The notes under the pieces are model-generated. The model was not told the origin of the DNA. It ran no database searches and was given only the letters and a program-made list of their open reading frames with translations. From Eledone cirrhosa (lineage: Eukaryota): a stretch of 64,000 bases of DNA. This document shows, in pieces, positions 40,731 to 55,329 of this stretch. Location of the stretch: assembly GCA_964016885.1 (NCBI GenBank), contig OZ024743.1, positions 302,622,001 to 302,686,000 on the forward strand. Reading direction: 5' to 3'. How positions within the stretch are numbered: the first letter of the stretch is position 1; every line of letters begins with the position of its first letter. The translations under genes and the position numbers were made by a program.

Positions 40731-42734
40731 CGGTTTCAACACACGATTTCAGATAAATAATCTTGCTAAACAAATTCAGAAACGAAATATATATATATAT
40801 ATTTGTATATGTATATTATATCTGTGTGTGTGTCTGTGTCTGTGTCAGTCTGTGATGTGTGTTGTGTGTATACAGATACCTATGTGTTTGTATGTATTTG
40901 AAACAACGTTAGAGTTTCTTATTACTTGTGTTATGTATATACAGGAATATATACTCTACTGTTTCTGTATCTTAATTTTCTTCATGTATTTATGGTAGAA
41001 ACTGTTTTGTTAGATTGAACATGTAACCACTTTATCAAGAATGCAACTCTGTAGCCGTGGATAGAAGCTGTGGCCTAGTGACTACTCTGGCATTGTTGAT
41101 TTATCCTTGTAATAATAGTGACAATATTGGTTTCCTATATGTTAATGTTCTAACTCTCATGGCAATCATTTCTGGGGATTTCAATATTTTCACTATTTCC
41201 ATCTTTAGATAATTAGTATATTGAATATTCCCAACATTACGTATTTCTACCCTTAGATCTTTTTATATTCAATTCTGTTCATATGTTCGATGTTATCGTT
41301 TGATTCAATGATGATTTTATATATATATATTCTTTGTTCTCTTTTCGCTAGGAATCTATTTTCATGATTTCTGTTTTCAATATTTGCACGTTGAATGCTT
41401 TTATTTTTATAGTGGAAAATTTAATTTTTTTGTGTGTATTTTCTTTATCGCATTTTTTCTTCTATTTCTTTGATTCCACGTTTGATATCTTCGGTTAACA
41501 TATCAATGGCTTTAAATTAGCTACGCTTTTGGTTATTTCTCCAGATATGTTATGTGCATGTCGTAGTAAGAGCGCCTCTTTCATTTTGTTTAGGTTGTTG
41601 AGAAAATACAGCTGCAAATTATGCATATAGTGTGGAAATGTATTTACGTCGAAATCAACACGAATACTTCATCAAAATGCAGGCACTTATGTATTTTTAG
41701 GTTTATATTTTAGAATCATTCAATTGAAGACCGGTGCTCTATTTAGTTCCGCTATATTTGTGATTAGTGTCAGAATAATTTTCATGATTATTCAAGTATA
41801 GCGTAAATACCTACAATGAGTAAGTTTTGAAAGTATGATAATTATTCAGTGAACTACCTTGCAGATGTCTATTATTTGATGAAAAGATATATTGATACGC
41901 AAAACTTATACGCTGATATATCCACTAGTGAAGGGGAGGGGCCTTAAAAAAATTACAATTCATTATGAAAGTTTATCCTGTCCCCATCTTATAATCATTT
42001 GTAATCGTATTTTCTGATAATCACTACTTTAAAAAGGTGAATTCTAAATTATATAATATCATTTTGAAAGAAGTGTGTAATATTAGTTAGTACTCTTTAT
42101 CATGTGAATCTGTGTCTTCTTTACAAATAATGGACAGATTGCAATTAGTCTCAACATCATTAATACACAAAACAGCTAGAAGAGATGTTAATGTATTTCT
42201 TACACTGGCATCTGATACAATTTTTTACAGTTTACATCATTATTATTCCATTGGAGTAAACGGATAGTTTGTGAATGTTGAAGTAGTGATGGTTAATTTT
42301 CGGTAATGAAGCTAGATATATTATTATTATTATCGGATTGTTCGGACGCTTTTTGCTCGCTTCCAGTAAGTCGCTTTAGTTGCCTGTTAAAATTATTTTT
42401 CGTTAAATATTTCTTGATGTGTAAGGGTTATAAGCCGATAGACTTTGCCCTGTAAAGGGGAAAGTATAATATTTGTGCCTTTTGGCCCAAATATTTGAAC
42501 ATTTTACTTTTAAAAATTATTTGAAAAAAAGAAACATGGCTGGTCCACTCACCCCAGCAATACATCCGCTGTTGTGTGACAACGGCGTAAAAGTTGAGAG
42601 GAGGGTTAGTGAAATTCATACAACCACCACAAACAGCGTGAATAAAGACAACAGGGAGAACACTGATTTTGAAAAAATTACCACACCAACTACAACAATA
42701 ACAGCGTCAACCAAAATACAGACAACAGGAAAAC

Positions 42735-43652
42735 ATGACAACAAATGCAACAACGATATTAACTCCACAAACCAATAAAATAAACAACGACAACACCAAC
42801 AGCAACAATACAAATTGCACCGAAAACAACAACAACGGTGGCACCAAAAATACATCCAACTACATCAGTGAAAACAACAACAACACCAACAACACCGTTT
42901 GCAGCAGTAGCAACAGCAACAGCACCAACAACAAGACCCGTAGCGGCAGCAATAATGGTGCCGCTGAAAAAGGGGCCACTTCTTTCGCATGTGTGACCCG
43001 AAATATAGAGACAGTGCTAGTCACGGAGGAGGAGATGGCAGTCGCAAGAGCCATGGTGTCGAGAAACGACAATAGAGTTTCCCTGAAACCTCCACCCGAT
43101 TTATTCAAAGACCAGCAGCTGCGCACAGTGACTTACCGCACCGTCAGCAAAATGTCACATCGGGTGGAAATAGCCACGGTGGCTCAAATCCAAAAGGCCT
43201 TGGGGTGCGTCTGGTCGCACAAAATCCAAATCACCCGAGGCAAAAAGTACGCCACAGTAGACGTAATTTTCGCCATCCCCCAAGAGGCGAAATCTCACAC
43301 TTTGGAAACCCTAAAGAGTGAGGAGATAGTATTGGTGCCCTCCTACTACGGGCAGAATATTGTGAGGGTCAAAATGACCCAGGTCCCGCCCGACGTGCCC
43401 ATACCTTGGCTGATCACGTCTTTACTGGCTGGAATGGAGGAGAAGACCACCATACTACAAATACAGAGAATGGGAAGAGAGAACTGGTCAGGAATAGGCA
43501 TGCAGATGCTAATACAGACTGACCAGGAGTGCATCGCAGCTATCCAAGACATTATAGACCTCGAAGAAGGGCTCCATATACCTTTGAGCGTGGAAGGAAG
43601 GCGCCCAAAGTGCTATCTCTGTGGGCAGAAGTGTCACCTCAGGGCATTCTGA
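42735..43652 (+). CDS. LINE ORF1-like nucleic-acid-binding protein (truncated at the CCHC knuckle)
   Basis: 305-aa ORF, N-rich start, ends in CYLCGQKCHLRAF followed by a stop; lies upstream of the APE domain. Confidence 0.7.
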   Translation: MTTNATTILTPQTNKINNDNTNSNNTNCTENNNNGGTKNTSNYISENNNNTNNTVCSSSNSNSTNNKTRSGSNNGAAEKGATSFACVTRNIETVLVTEEEMAVARAMVSRNDNRVSLKPPPDLFKDQQLRTVTYRTVSKMSHRVEIATVAQIQKALGCVWSHKIQITRGKKYATVDVIFAIPQEAKSHTLETLKSEEIVLVPSYYGQNIVRVKMTQVPPDVPIPWLITSLLAGMEEKTTILQIQRMGRENWSGIGMQMLIQTDQECIAAIQDIIDLEEGLHIPLSVEGRRPKCYLCGQKCHLRAF

Positions 43653-44543
43653 CCACAGAATACAGCCATGAATTGGTCACCCCTCCTCCTCACGCCTGAT
43701 CCACTACTACCAAGAGCAGGGCAGGAAACAGAGACAGAAGACCCTTCCATGTTGAGTGGGAGGGCAACGTCATTGGCACCCATAATAAGGCCACGGACAA
43801 CTAAAGCAGCGGCAGCAGCGGTGGCAACACCAACAGTCACAGTAGCCACACCGGCGGCAAAATTGCCGTAGCGGGCTCCACTACCACCACCAACAGCTGT
43901 GGAGCTCATACCCTTCCCAGACGCAACGGAATCTGATATAGAGTATGAGGCGGGAGGGAAGTGACAAACAGTCTGACACAAAATACAAAAGAGGAAAAAC
44001 CCTAAGATTCACCCTCCAAAAGTGAAGGAAGAAAAAGACGTGTAAAGGCTGCAGGGAGACTTGCAGCAACACCACCAGCATCGCCATCACCACCACAAGC
44101 ATCACCACCAACAACAACCACACCTCTACCAGCATCACCAAAATCGCCAGCATCGCAAACACAACAAAACACGCAAACCCAACAGCAACAAAATCACCCC
44201 TCCCCCCAAAAAGTAAACAGCCATAAACATGGAAAATAAAGAACTCATACAACATATAAAGCAGCACACAAACATCACAGACATAAATCTACTCCAGCCC
44301 GCCAACCCCATGAACTCTCCCGACAAACATAAGCATCATTGAAATGAAAATAGAACAGTACAGACTTTTAAAACAAAAACTACCCAACGCAGTTGGAGAA
44401 TTGAGCGGGTCGGTTACCAAGAGAATATACACCGACATCTTCTTGCAAACACCCATGACCAGCCAAAGGGACGGTTCTACTATCCCTTCACCACACGATC
44501 AGGGTAAGTGATCCTTTCTCACTTGCCATGTTTCTTACCCAAC

Positions 44544-47500
44544 ATGGCCGTACTTAGAATAAGCAGTATAAATGTACGTGGCCTGGGGTCATTATGGAAG
44601 CGGGGTCACCTGCTCAACGACCTCAGGTCACTAAACATAGATCTGGTGGCCATCAGCGAGACCAGAACCTCCGAAGCATGTGCCTTCGGACCGTTCTTCG
44701 GTGACTACGATGTATACACATCTCCCAGCCGTCCAAGATCGGGGAGTGGGGTTGCCGTGCTTTAACGGAGGGGGCTTTGATCTCGCCATACGGGCCATCT
44801 TCCTGGACCCATAAGGTAAATCAGTGCTGCTGGACGTGACCGGCAGCGAAAGCAATGCTTTCAGGCTAGTATCCGTCTAGCCCCAACAGGGCAAGGACGG
44901 CCAGATATCTTCAGATGTCTAGAGAACTTTATTGGAACGTCCCGCTCTTTAGTGTTAGTGGGCGACTGGAACGGTATCTTCGATTCACGCTGGGATTATA
45001 TGGAGCTAGTAGACAGCACAGGCGGGTGTGAAAGCCTCAACAACCTGCTCAGACGTTTTCAACTGTCTGACAGATATAAACTGGATTATCGGAATGTGCC
45101 CATGTGGACATGTGCAAACCGCATCGGGTGAACCAGATGGTATTTAGATAGGGGATTTGTAGGGAAACAGATAAGGCTAGTGTAGGTTGTCCACAATTTA
45201 AAGTATTCGACTACACAGACCACACATTTGTGATCTGTGAAGTTGACTTAGATAGACTCCATTAGCAAGGGCCCGACTACTGGAAGCTGAAGGCGTCATT
45301 CTCGGCGCGCAAAGCTTACAGAGACCGGATTAGCCAATTGGTTAAGCGTGCGTTGACGGGTGCGATCGTCAACAGCAGTTGGTGGTTTACCCGGAAAAGG
45401 GCTATTAGAGTAGAATCGATAAGGTTTAGCAAAGGAATAGTGATAGAGGAAATTAGAGTAGAGGGAAAGTTAGTTAGAAATCTAGAAGAGGCGTTTAGGA
45501 CAGGCGTCCTTGCAGAGAGATTGGCACTTAACAAATTCTCCAACGCAAATCATGAAGGCTGCGTTGCCAGAGCTAGAGCGCGTGCTCTAAGACACGAGGG
45601 GACGAAAGCCATTCAATGGGCCTGGGTGGTGGAGGCCCGACGTAGAAACAATTCCACAATTCGGTTTTTTCTGATCAACACGGGTGTATGTGTCTCGAAC
45701 CCGAGCAGATGTGTGCGGCTTTTCAATAGCAATTTGCTCAATTGTTCGGGAGCGGTGGCGGACCAGGCCCAGTATGGAATTTGGTGCATACCTCGACGGC
45801 CTGCTCCTGCTCTCGACGACCGCTGCGCAGTGCTGCGAAAAGCCGATAGCAGCATGTGAAATACGGGAAGCGATGTCTGACTGCACGTGGAGTAAATCTC
45901 AAGGTTTGTATGGTCTTCCCTACGAGCTTTTTGCGTATATGCCAGACTTGTTCGGCAACCTCTTGGCAGATGTCTACTGCAGCTGGCAGCAGAACGGGAG
46001 CATTCCTCGTTTTGTGACCCGAGGAGCGGTGGCGCTGCTGAGAAAAGGGGGACGTTATAGACAACTTCAGGCCCATAACTCTGCTAAACGCAGAGTTTAA
46101 GATTTTGGTCAAGGTGTTAGCAAAGAGATTGGCGCTTCTCGTCGGTGATCTGGTGGAAGAGGTCCAGACATGCGCCATTCCGCACAGATCCTTACATGAC
46201 AGACAACCTAGATCTCATAAAATACATCATCGAGAGCGTGTTTAAGGAACATGTCACGGGTGGTGCTCTGATAAACTTCGATCAATCTAACGCATTTGAT
46301 AGGGTCGACCAACGGTACCTGGCTGCGTTCCTCGAAGCGGCCGGCTTCGAGCCCGTCTTTAGGAGCTGGTTCGCTGCGATGCACAGTTACATCTGCTCGA
46401 TTGTGAGCGCGAATGGTCACCTGTCGCAGCCATTCGGTATCATGTGCTCGGCCCTCCAGAGTTGCCCCCTTTCATCCCTCTTCTACATACTAGGTCTAGA
46501 GCCGTTACTACACAAATTGGATTCGATGAGGGGGGTCCCACGCGACCTGGGATGCGGGCGAACCTTGTCAGCTTTCGCCGACGACGTCACCGTGGTGGTG
46601 TCGAGCACCAAACACTTCCAGATGCTCGGCACGGCTCTCAAGGAATACAAAGCGGTGACAGGAGCAAAGATAAACCAGGAAAAGTCGGTGAGCCTGCAAC
46701 TTGGCACCTGCAGAGGCAAATCCATGCCGTCCGATAGCGTCGTGTGGCGCTGGACGGAAGGACAAGTTTAAATTGCTCGGGGTCTGGTTCGGTCTGGACC
46801 TCCAGATGGAGAAATACTGGAGCGAGGAGAGTAGTAAATTGGCCACTCTCACCTTGAAATGGGCCGAGAGGGGGCTGAGGTGGCGAATGCCTGCATAGCG
46901 TCCGTCATCTGTTACTGCCTGGCCGTCGTACCTTGCCCGACCAACTCTGACCAAAATGGAGCGCATTCTCTTCCACTTTTTTGTGGAAGGGACGTGCTCC
47001 CATGGTCAGACGAGCCATGCTGTCAACACCCGGTGCCTGGAGGACTAGGCATGCAGTGGCTGATTATGCGCAAACATGCGCTGAGGCTGAGACATATTTG
47101 GGGCTTCCTTGGCGGTGAACAGGTGTGGTCGCCGTTTGCCAGACGCGCTTTTCCCTTGCTCGTCTCCTTGATGTAACTGCAGTCCTGGATCAGGATAAGA
47201 CTGAGAGATAACGCTTGGAAGCTGGAATATCTCCAAGCGCTCACCACCTTCTACCAGCTGGGCACTAGTATCGGTGGAACATCCACCTCGGCGTTATATA
47301 GAAGGCTAGTGGAGGGAAAGTGCGATGACGTTCTCGGGGAGACACTGGGCGTCGAAGACGATCAGCTGTTCGATCTCTTCAAGAGAACTTTTAGACCGGG
47401 ACCCATCTACAACTTCCAGGTATCCCTGGCCTGGAAGTGCTACCGGGGAGCGTTGCCGATTCGGGATAAGCTCTACAGGCACGGAGATACTGTTAGCCGA

Positions 47501-47923
47501 GCCTGTCCGAGACGTGCGCAAAGCGACGAAACCGTCCTGCTCGCACTCGATCAGTGACCGAGGATTGCCGACTTGTGGAGCTATGTCGAACAGCTTCTGT
47601 CGCGTGTAGGACGGATCAGGTTATCGACTGAATCCATTGTGCAGATGGTCCCGCCATCCTCCTTTAAAGGAGAGGAAGAGCACGCAGTTTTCACCTTCCT
47701 GGTGGCCATGGCGAAATAGATTGTGTGGTGGACAAGGTTGAAAGGGTTGAAGAAGGAAACTTTCCTCTTCGGTCAATCCCTGATTAACCTTTACAACTTT
47801 CACTTGAAGAGGAAAATCAGGGTGGAGAGGCAAGTGATGTCTACTAGTAAGTCTGTTGATAGGTGGGTGAAAGTGACGAGTCTGGTCCGAGTGAACGTGC
47901 CCACTCTGAGTATGCGCCTGTAG
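44544..47923 (+). pseudogene. L1/Tx1-type ORF2 (APE + RT + C-terminal Zn finger), multiply disrupted
   Basis: Motifs spread across ORFs 44508, 45684, 46145, 46701, 47309 and 47723. Confidence 0.88.
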
Positions 47924-48319
47924 ACTGAGGAGTGGGAACACTTAGAGAGGGTGCTTGCCTTAGTGGTCAGGGTGGCCGTGGTCTTTTGTGCGGTTTTCGC
48001 CACGAGTGACCCTCGGAAGTTTCCCCCCTATTGGCGAATTTTTTTTTGTTTGAACTTTTTTGATATTTCTATCTTGTTATAAACATTTTACACGGCCAAA
48101 ACCCACTTTGTATCGTCCTGTACCATTTTTGCCGTCTGTAATATTTTTCTTCATGTTAGGCCTTGTGGCCAATAAAGAAACCATTATTGTTATCATCATT
48201 GTTATTATTACTATTCTTATTGCTATTATTATTATTATTATTATTATTGGCTGTTAATTTGTGAGGACCTGCCATTCTGAGATGCTGCCCTCGATTATAT
48301 AATTCAAAACTCTGTTGAT

Positions 48320-49772
48320 TCCAACACCAGTCCAGGGACATATAACCACACTGATAACAACGTCAGCACCACCAGCAGCAACAGTAGAAGCAACAACACT
48401 AGCAGCAACAGCTAAATCACCGCCACCAACAACTAGACTTAATCAACAGAAGGTGAAAATGATGAAAGCTCTTCCACTAACTCTCTCCCTCCCCAAACAA
48501 ATAGACACATACCAAACGGACAAAAACAAACGCATTAGCAGCCGAAACTGACACAACGAACATGTCATATCCTGGCGAATACGAGGGACATACACAAAGC
48601 GGAAAACAAGAAAAACGGAAATAGGAAAAATTCCCCTAAAATCAAACACTACACACACATTACAGAAATCACAGGCGCCTAAAACACAAAAAACACACAC
48701 ATCTACAACCGCACCGACACCACTACCACTACCACCAGCAGCATAACTCCCCAAACGAAAACTCGCATAACTATAACTAATTATACAGACATCAAATTTT
48801 TGCTAATAAGAAAGAACGACCAAGAACCGATTTTCTTCATAGAAGACGTGGATAAATGGAAAGAGAGGTGGGTATATTTGTTCACATTGATACTGGCGCA
48901 AAAAGCCCCGGGAACATACAAACACATTAGAGAAAGCTTCCCGAAAGTCCTGCGCACTCCAAATCTATAAGCGTCAAGCAGCTCTTAAAGGGGTTCCCAA
49001 AAGAACAACCGCCTGGCGTATGCATCAAACCACCCGATCTCCAACAGAAACTTGAGTGTAGTTAGACACCTAACCTTCTTTTTTTCTTTTGATGAACCGG
49101 CCAACATGGCGATTATAAGAGTAAGTTGTCTAAAGGTCCATAGCCTGCGGTCATCTAGGAAGTAGTGTGCGCATGCTGAACTACCTGATGTCAGTAGTTA
49201 TGGATGTGACAGCCGTTAGCGATACCAGGATTTTCGACTCACGCGCAACAGTACCGAATTTCTGTATCTCTTATTCGGCCGGGAATGGGAAGTGGGACGA
49301 CAGTGCTCTTTAGGAAAGGACTGGATCTCAAATTAAGGACTATCTTCATGGACGTGCGTAATAGAGAACGTGGAACCTTTAATATAGTGGCCGTCATCGC
49401 CCCGAACGGTGGCGGACAGCCAGATTACACCCTGTAAGCCTTTCTCGGAAATCCTTGTCTTTAAATGTTATTATGTAGGTGTCCCAGATAGGAGCGGAGG
49501 AAGTGAAAAAGGCGCAAGTACCTGAACAGACAATTTCAACTGTTTGAGAGGTACTGAGTAGATTTGGCAAATGTTCCTTTGTTGTCCAAAACAAACCGAT
49601 TAGGTTAGTCCAGATCATACATAGATAGGTTTTTCGTTATGTCAGCAGGGTATACTTTTCTGAAAAGTAGCCTTTCACGAATTTGTGAAGTGGATGGTCG
49701 GCCTTGATAAGATATGTAGGTTACCACATGGTACTGGAAACTCAACACGTCATTCCCGGCGCGTTGAGCATT
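48320..49772 (+). mobile_element. Second, older and deleted relative of the L1/Tx1 element (ORF1 remnants + APE)
   Basis: 49105 CATGGCGATTATAAGAGTAAG matches 44542. 49733 TACTGGAAACTCAACACGTCATTCCCGGCGCG matches 45279. Confidence 0.7.
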
Positions 49773-49854
49773 GATGCAACTATATATCCATAAAAACTAT
49801 CACCTGGGACAACAGCACCTTCAGTACCATCATTATCAACAGAAAGTACGGGGG

Positions 49855-50025
49855 ATTGGCAGTATCGGTAGAGGGTCGGACGCCATGCTTTCCAGCATAG
49901 TTACGTCCCTTTACGATCTGAGTTCAAATCCCGCCGAGGTTGACGTTGTCTTTCATCCTTACGGGGTCGATAAAATAAAGTACCAGTAATGCACTGGATA
50001 ATTTGCTGGCCTTGTGCCTAAAGTA
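49855..50025 (+). mobile_element. tRNA-derived SINE (octopus-type)
   Basis: A-box-like TGGCAGTATCGG; B-box GAGTTCAAATCC; TTTCATCCTTACGGGGTCGATAAAATAAAGTACCAGT. Confidence 0.85.
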
Positions 50026-50654
50026 CAAACAAATATCAACAGAAATGATGGAAACGTAAATCCGCAAATCCACGCAATTGGTCTCTGAAACAAGATATCC
50101 CTCAATCCCCCTTGGGAACTCACTCACACACACAGTCATCCACTCACCCTCACTCAAACCCCTTTACACATACACACTAGAAAACCTATATACGTCAAAT
50201 GATTCAGAAACGGAAACCTCCATTTCTCACAGCAATGAAGTGGGTGGAACCTCCAAATTCCAAAAAGCTGAAACGTAATTTAAATTAGTCATGTATGTAT
50301 CCTGCAATATTGCAAACACACACACCAAAACAAACACTAGATAAACAACAGAACACACCCACAGCCAAATACAGATTTGCTGTAGTGCGTAAAGGCCTAA
50401 CCTGAATAATGTCATGTACTCAGAGTGCTCCACTAATCGGGTAAATTGGCCAATGGAAACTATACTCGAGAGTTCTATAGAAGAAAAGTGGAGGACAATT
50501 ACAATAATCTTTCGAAGAGACTGTAGTTTTTGACGACAATGAAATAGCCTGTCTGTTCCGGTGACGTTTCGGTCCCGACACTTTAGACAATCATGATGTT
50601 GGTGTTGTTGCTGGTGGTGGTGGTAATACAAACAGCAGGGTTCGTGGTGGTTTT

Positions 50655-50745
50655 AGCAGTAGTAGCAGCAGCAGCAGCAGCAGCAGCAGAAGAAGAAGAA
50701 GAAGAAGAAGAAGAAGAAGAAGAAGAAGAAGAAGAAGAAGAAGAA
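50655..50745 (+). repeat. (GCA)n(GAA)n compound microsatellite
   Basis: Directly visible. Confidence 0.95.
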
Positions 50746-51880
50746 ACTAAGATAAGAACATTTTCTTGTCCAAATCTACTATCTTCAATCTACAAGTCGT
50801 ATGAAATATATTGAATCTCACATCGCGAGAAAGTTGTGAACATTCACAGTCACAGCTTTACCTTGGCTTCTAACAAAGGGAACCAAAGATAGATTCCTAA
50901 AAGTTTTAGTGCAAATTGAATGAACAGTGACGTGACTCATTGAAAATCAATGTTGCTATCAGTTCCTGATTCTGTTCTAAATCAAAACCCCAGTCATCCT
51001 TTGATTTATTATCGTACTGAATGCAGTTTAGAACAGTATTTAAATTAAGTTGGTGTTTGTATAGCGAAATAAAGAGTGATTCATCCATCTATAATTCGCT
51101 AAACGCTAACATAATGCAACAGCTCGTAGCTGTAATTAGAAGTATGTGGAAGGCGTTGGTCGGCTTAAATAGTATGTGACATCGACGTCAGCGCTAAGGT
51201 TAACAGTTGTATAAGATTAGCTGAATTTTATTCGCTTGTGCTCTTTGTTTTATATATATTTTTCTTCTTCACGTAATATTTCTATCCGCGGTTTCACACC
51301 TAATTGGAAGCTTGTTTCCTAATTTCAATTATAAATTTACATAACAGTATCAGATAAAACACAACAGGAAAAATATAAAACGAATATTGGTGCGGCACTG
51401 TATTTGATAAATAAAGATCCTGCTGTACTTATATATTATTGAATGTTGATGATGAAATCAAACCATCTCAAGTAAGAGTTACTTTCAACGTATATATAGC
51501 GACTTAGGAGATATTTGTTCTGTGCTGAGTCTTTTAGTTACGGTAATCATGAACTGTTGTCGATGCAGCAACATCTTTTATTCCAGGTGTTTCTTTCTCA
51601 GTTCCAATCACGCCTTGTTCTTCAATTCTTTCGTCAGCGTTAACTAATCTAAACATTCCAGGACAGTATGGCCCTCTCTCCATCCTGCCAAACTCTGTGG
51701 ATGGTCAATTAGAAAAAATGGGTATAAGTTCAATAGATATATCTCATCTTGTAACTGGATGAACACTTAAAACGATTTTCGATAGCGTGATGCACACCAC
51801 AAAAAGAAAAAAATAATACGCGATAGAGATTGGCAGTCGTAATGTATTATTTTATTTTTGTTCTCATACATGGAATGTAG

Positions 51881-52030
51881 TACGAGGGTAGGCTCAAACG
51901 TTGATAGGCTTATTATGAAGGTGCCATGCTAGAGATGTGAAATTAATTACTGCACCGTTTCGTTCCTGGTAAACTGACGTCTGACGGTTCAAAGACGACT
52001 TCAAAAGTAACTAGTAGCGACTTCGTATGT
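51881..52030 (+). repeat. Probable Tc1/mariner-like terminal fragment
   Basis: Starts TACGAGGG; related to 22660-22725. Confidence 0.35.
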
Positions 52031-53689
52031 TGAAAGTTTCGATCAATTTAGATTATACAAGTTATTATATTAACAGAGACACAAAATCGCCCTATTTATG
52101 GAAATTAAATACTTACACATATTCAATGTGTTTTCGTATTGCAGTATGTGTGTATACCCGTAAGTAAACATAATTGCCATGTTAAAGGATTTCAAAACCA
52201 CCACTGTACAATAATTCTTAGTTATAGCCGTGTCTTAAACTAAGTTAACTTATTTTAATTCGTTCCATCATAATCGTATCAACATCATACCTAGAACATC
52301 CTTGTACCAAACGTGGATTTGGTACAAGAATGTTCTACATCAGTTTCGCCGATGTTGTGTCCTCAACAATAATGGCTGGCAGCGTGTATTTCTATTTGTG
52401 ATTGAATCATATACGTGTGATTAACTTATTATTGTCAATGAACAATTTTCATCAAAGTCAAAAGAAAAGAGTAGATTTCGGAATTATTTCTCAAAGTCCA
52501 CGAGTCAAACTATAATTATCTACTTTAAAAAATATATATATTTCGCGATAAATTGGATTATAAATATATACATACATACGAAGCGGTTAAATATGTGCAA
52601 GTGCACACACCCACTCGCAGGCATACAAACGCAGTAATGCATCTGTATAATTTGCTTTTTCAGGGAAATTACTATCAATATATTACATACGTCATAACAA
52701 ACGCAAATGTACTTATGGTGTTATGTAATTTTGCTTTTTAGACATTACATCCTATAGAGTACATTCGCAAAACAAAATAAATGTGAATTTAATTAGTTAT
52801 GTATAATTGCATTATGGCCTAATTTTGGCCGTAAAAGGTTTCTTGCCAAGATACTTTCCATAAAATATGGCTAGATTCAACTCATTTCTTATTCGGTTTA
52901 CAATAGGTTATTTTACTCTAGGTATTTTCCTGTTTCTAACAACAAAGCTATTGCTACGTATAGTATCGCTTATGGAAAATACATTAAGCTATTGTATTGA
53001 AAAAGTTGCCTGACAGTATACATCATCACTCACTCGTGCATTCACCAAATCTGTGAAGACGAACCTGAATATTTCCCTTCGAATAATTAAAATGAATCCT
53101 ATTATCTCTGCATTTTTACAGTTAATAACATTTTATTTTTCTTTATGTATACACATTACAATGTCGCTGTTGTACAACTCCAAATTTAATATTGTAATAA
53201 TTGATGTGATAAGTGAACATTTGAAGATTAGAATACTTAGCACAATATTATATAGAATTATAAGATATGTATGGAAAGGATATCTATCGTAATATTTTTA
53301 TCTTTTGCATCTTTTAGGATGGATGGAATTTCTCGAAATTTGCTCACGAGTATGATCTCAAGAACTAGATACTCAGTGAATATCAGTTTCTATAAAATAA
53401 GTTTGCGTAAATACATATATCTGAATATAGCCAATGCAATTGTAGTTCTTATGTGTGCAACGTTTAAACCTGTGTATTATCGAACGTCTTTACGGGTAGT
53501 TTGACTTGTTCTTTTTTATGTATATGGCTTAAACAAATGCGAAGAGGGATTTCAAATATGAAACTTAATTAAAATATGGAATATTTATCAAAATATATTT
53601 CACACATACACATGCATATATTCGCACGTGCAAGAACACACACATACACACACACACTCACACCCATACATAGTTCGACTGCGGTGTCC

Positions 53690-54430
53690 TTAATTCAAGC
53701 GCACTATTCCTCCGCTGCAAGTTCAAGTTTTGCTTCCCCTAACCCCATCACTGCGCATTACTCATCTCCAGGATGAGCAAACATTTCCAAAATGTATGCA
53801 GGTCAAGATCCATTGGCTGCTCCTCCTTGGTGTAGACGTTTTTAAACGAAGATGATGTCGTATTTGTCTTCTTGAACCAGTGACTAGTACCTCACGTAGA
53901 GGAGGTTTTGGATCCTGCCATCCTGCATTCGATATACGTCACTTACCCAGTACAAACGACATGGTTGGAACTGGGTGAATAAGCTGCGTATATTGATGGG
54001 GATTTCTGACACACTGTGCCAACACGTTGGTATTCTTCACATTAATTATGAGGCTGAATTCCTGGAAGGCCCTTGTGACTTTATCCATGAGTTGATGCAT
54101 TTTCTCTTAAATGTGAGCTGTCCATACGGCGTCTTCCGTGAAAAAACATTTATTTGCGGAATTCTGAATGTTGCTTTTAGCATTGAGAGAAAAAGAGCTT
54201 CCCTTTTGAACTGGTGTGGCGGTAAATAAAATCAATCTACGTTTAAAATGTATTTCATGGCAACGAAGGAGATGCCAAACATTCCAGAGGAAAGCACGTA
54301 GCATCTGTTTACATAGATGCAGATGTTAGGAGTTCAGTGAACGTGATGAAGATGGGGTGCCTTTGGTCTAGGCATTTTTCTTATAGTCGTTCAATGGGGA
54401 ATATTATGTCGAAGATGGAGTGATCTGATG
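53690..54430 (-). mobile_element. Degenerate RTE-like RT C-terminal fragment
   Basis: Minus-strand remnants YLGSD, KARAFQEF-like and HLRCLRAFL..W. Confidence 0.5.
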
Positions 54431-54701
54431 CCTGAAAAGATTTATATATATATATATATATTTATTAATATATATGATGGGAAGCCGCTCATTAAATGGT
54501 ATGGCTTGCACGATATAACATTATTAGTAATAATTCATTAATGCTATCGTTCAGTGCGTGAAGATTTTTTTAAAAGTGTTGAAATACTGTGCACTGAGCC
54601 AATGCCACTCTCTGAGCAACAGTAGCTATAATACGAAAAAAATAAAAGATCAACGTAATCGGTAAATTCTGAGCCGCAGGTTTTATGTCGGAGTTATAGC
54701 A

Positions 54702-54783
<82 letters not shown>

Positions 54784-54795
54784 TTATATATATAC

Positions 54796-54829
<34 letters not shown>

Positions 54830-54875
54830 GGAGAAGAAGTTTATGAAACGGAAATGCGGGTATAAAGAATTTATT

Positions 54876-54992
54876 AGGTAACAATTGTTTCTTTTGCGTA
54901 TGGGTTACCTATACCTCGCTATTTGAATAATATAAAAATATTATCATAAACCGAAGGTACACTGCAAGCAAACACACCATGTCGTCAGACAT
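54876..54992 (-). ncRNA. Hammerhead with about 90-nt stem II at PLE 3' end (family E)
   Basis: ATGT CTGACGA CATGGTGTG...CATACGCAAAA GAAA CAATTG TT ACCT. Confidence 0.6.
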
Positions 54993-55329
54993 TTGTATTG
55001 GAATGATATGAAAATATTTTATACACTAGATAAAAGAGAAAGAAGGAGGTAGGAAGAGAAAGGGAAGAGGGAAGTGAGTAAGGGGAAGGAGTCCTAGGAT
55101 TTAAGACTGTCAGACTCATAGAGATTGTAAGGAGAGAATGTTTTGGCAGCAGTTAGCTTAATGGGGCGTGTTAGGGTTGGCGGGGGAAGTAAATTCTTCT
55201 AGTGTTGTTGTTTGGACAAAATTTAGTTAAAGGGGTCAAAGTGGTACAGAGTTACAGACAAGTTATTGGGGCTATTATAGTAGCAGGTTATTTCTAAAGG
55301 CGTCCAGAAAACAGTGTTTAGTACTATTA

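Larger units (their letters stand above)
42340..48250 (+). mobile_element. Near full-length L1/Tx1-like LINE (ORF1 with zinc knuckle; ORF2 APE-RT-Zn finger), degenerate, (TAT)n tail
   Basis: ORF1 VEGRRPKCYLCGQKCHL. ORF2 SINVRGL..LVAISET, GDWN, DQSNAFDRVD, QSCPLSSLFY, AFADDV, GAKIN.EKS, LLGVWF, CPR...DET. 5' boundary approximate. Confidence 0.88.

Noticed and set aside
50560-50589. Minus-strand GACC GAAA CG TC ACC, resembling the 3' half of a minimal PLE hammerhead
   Set aside because: 5' core (CTAAAG) and stem I too degenerate to support a call.
51550-51720. Possible R4/Dong-like RT remnant on the minus strand
   Set aside because: Only faint motif resemblance; too decayed to annotate.
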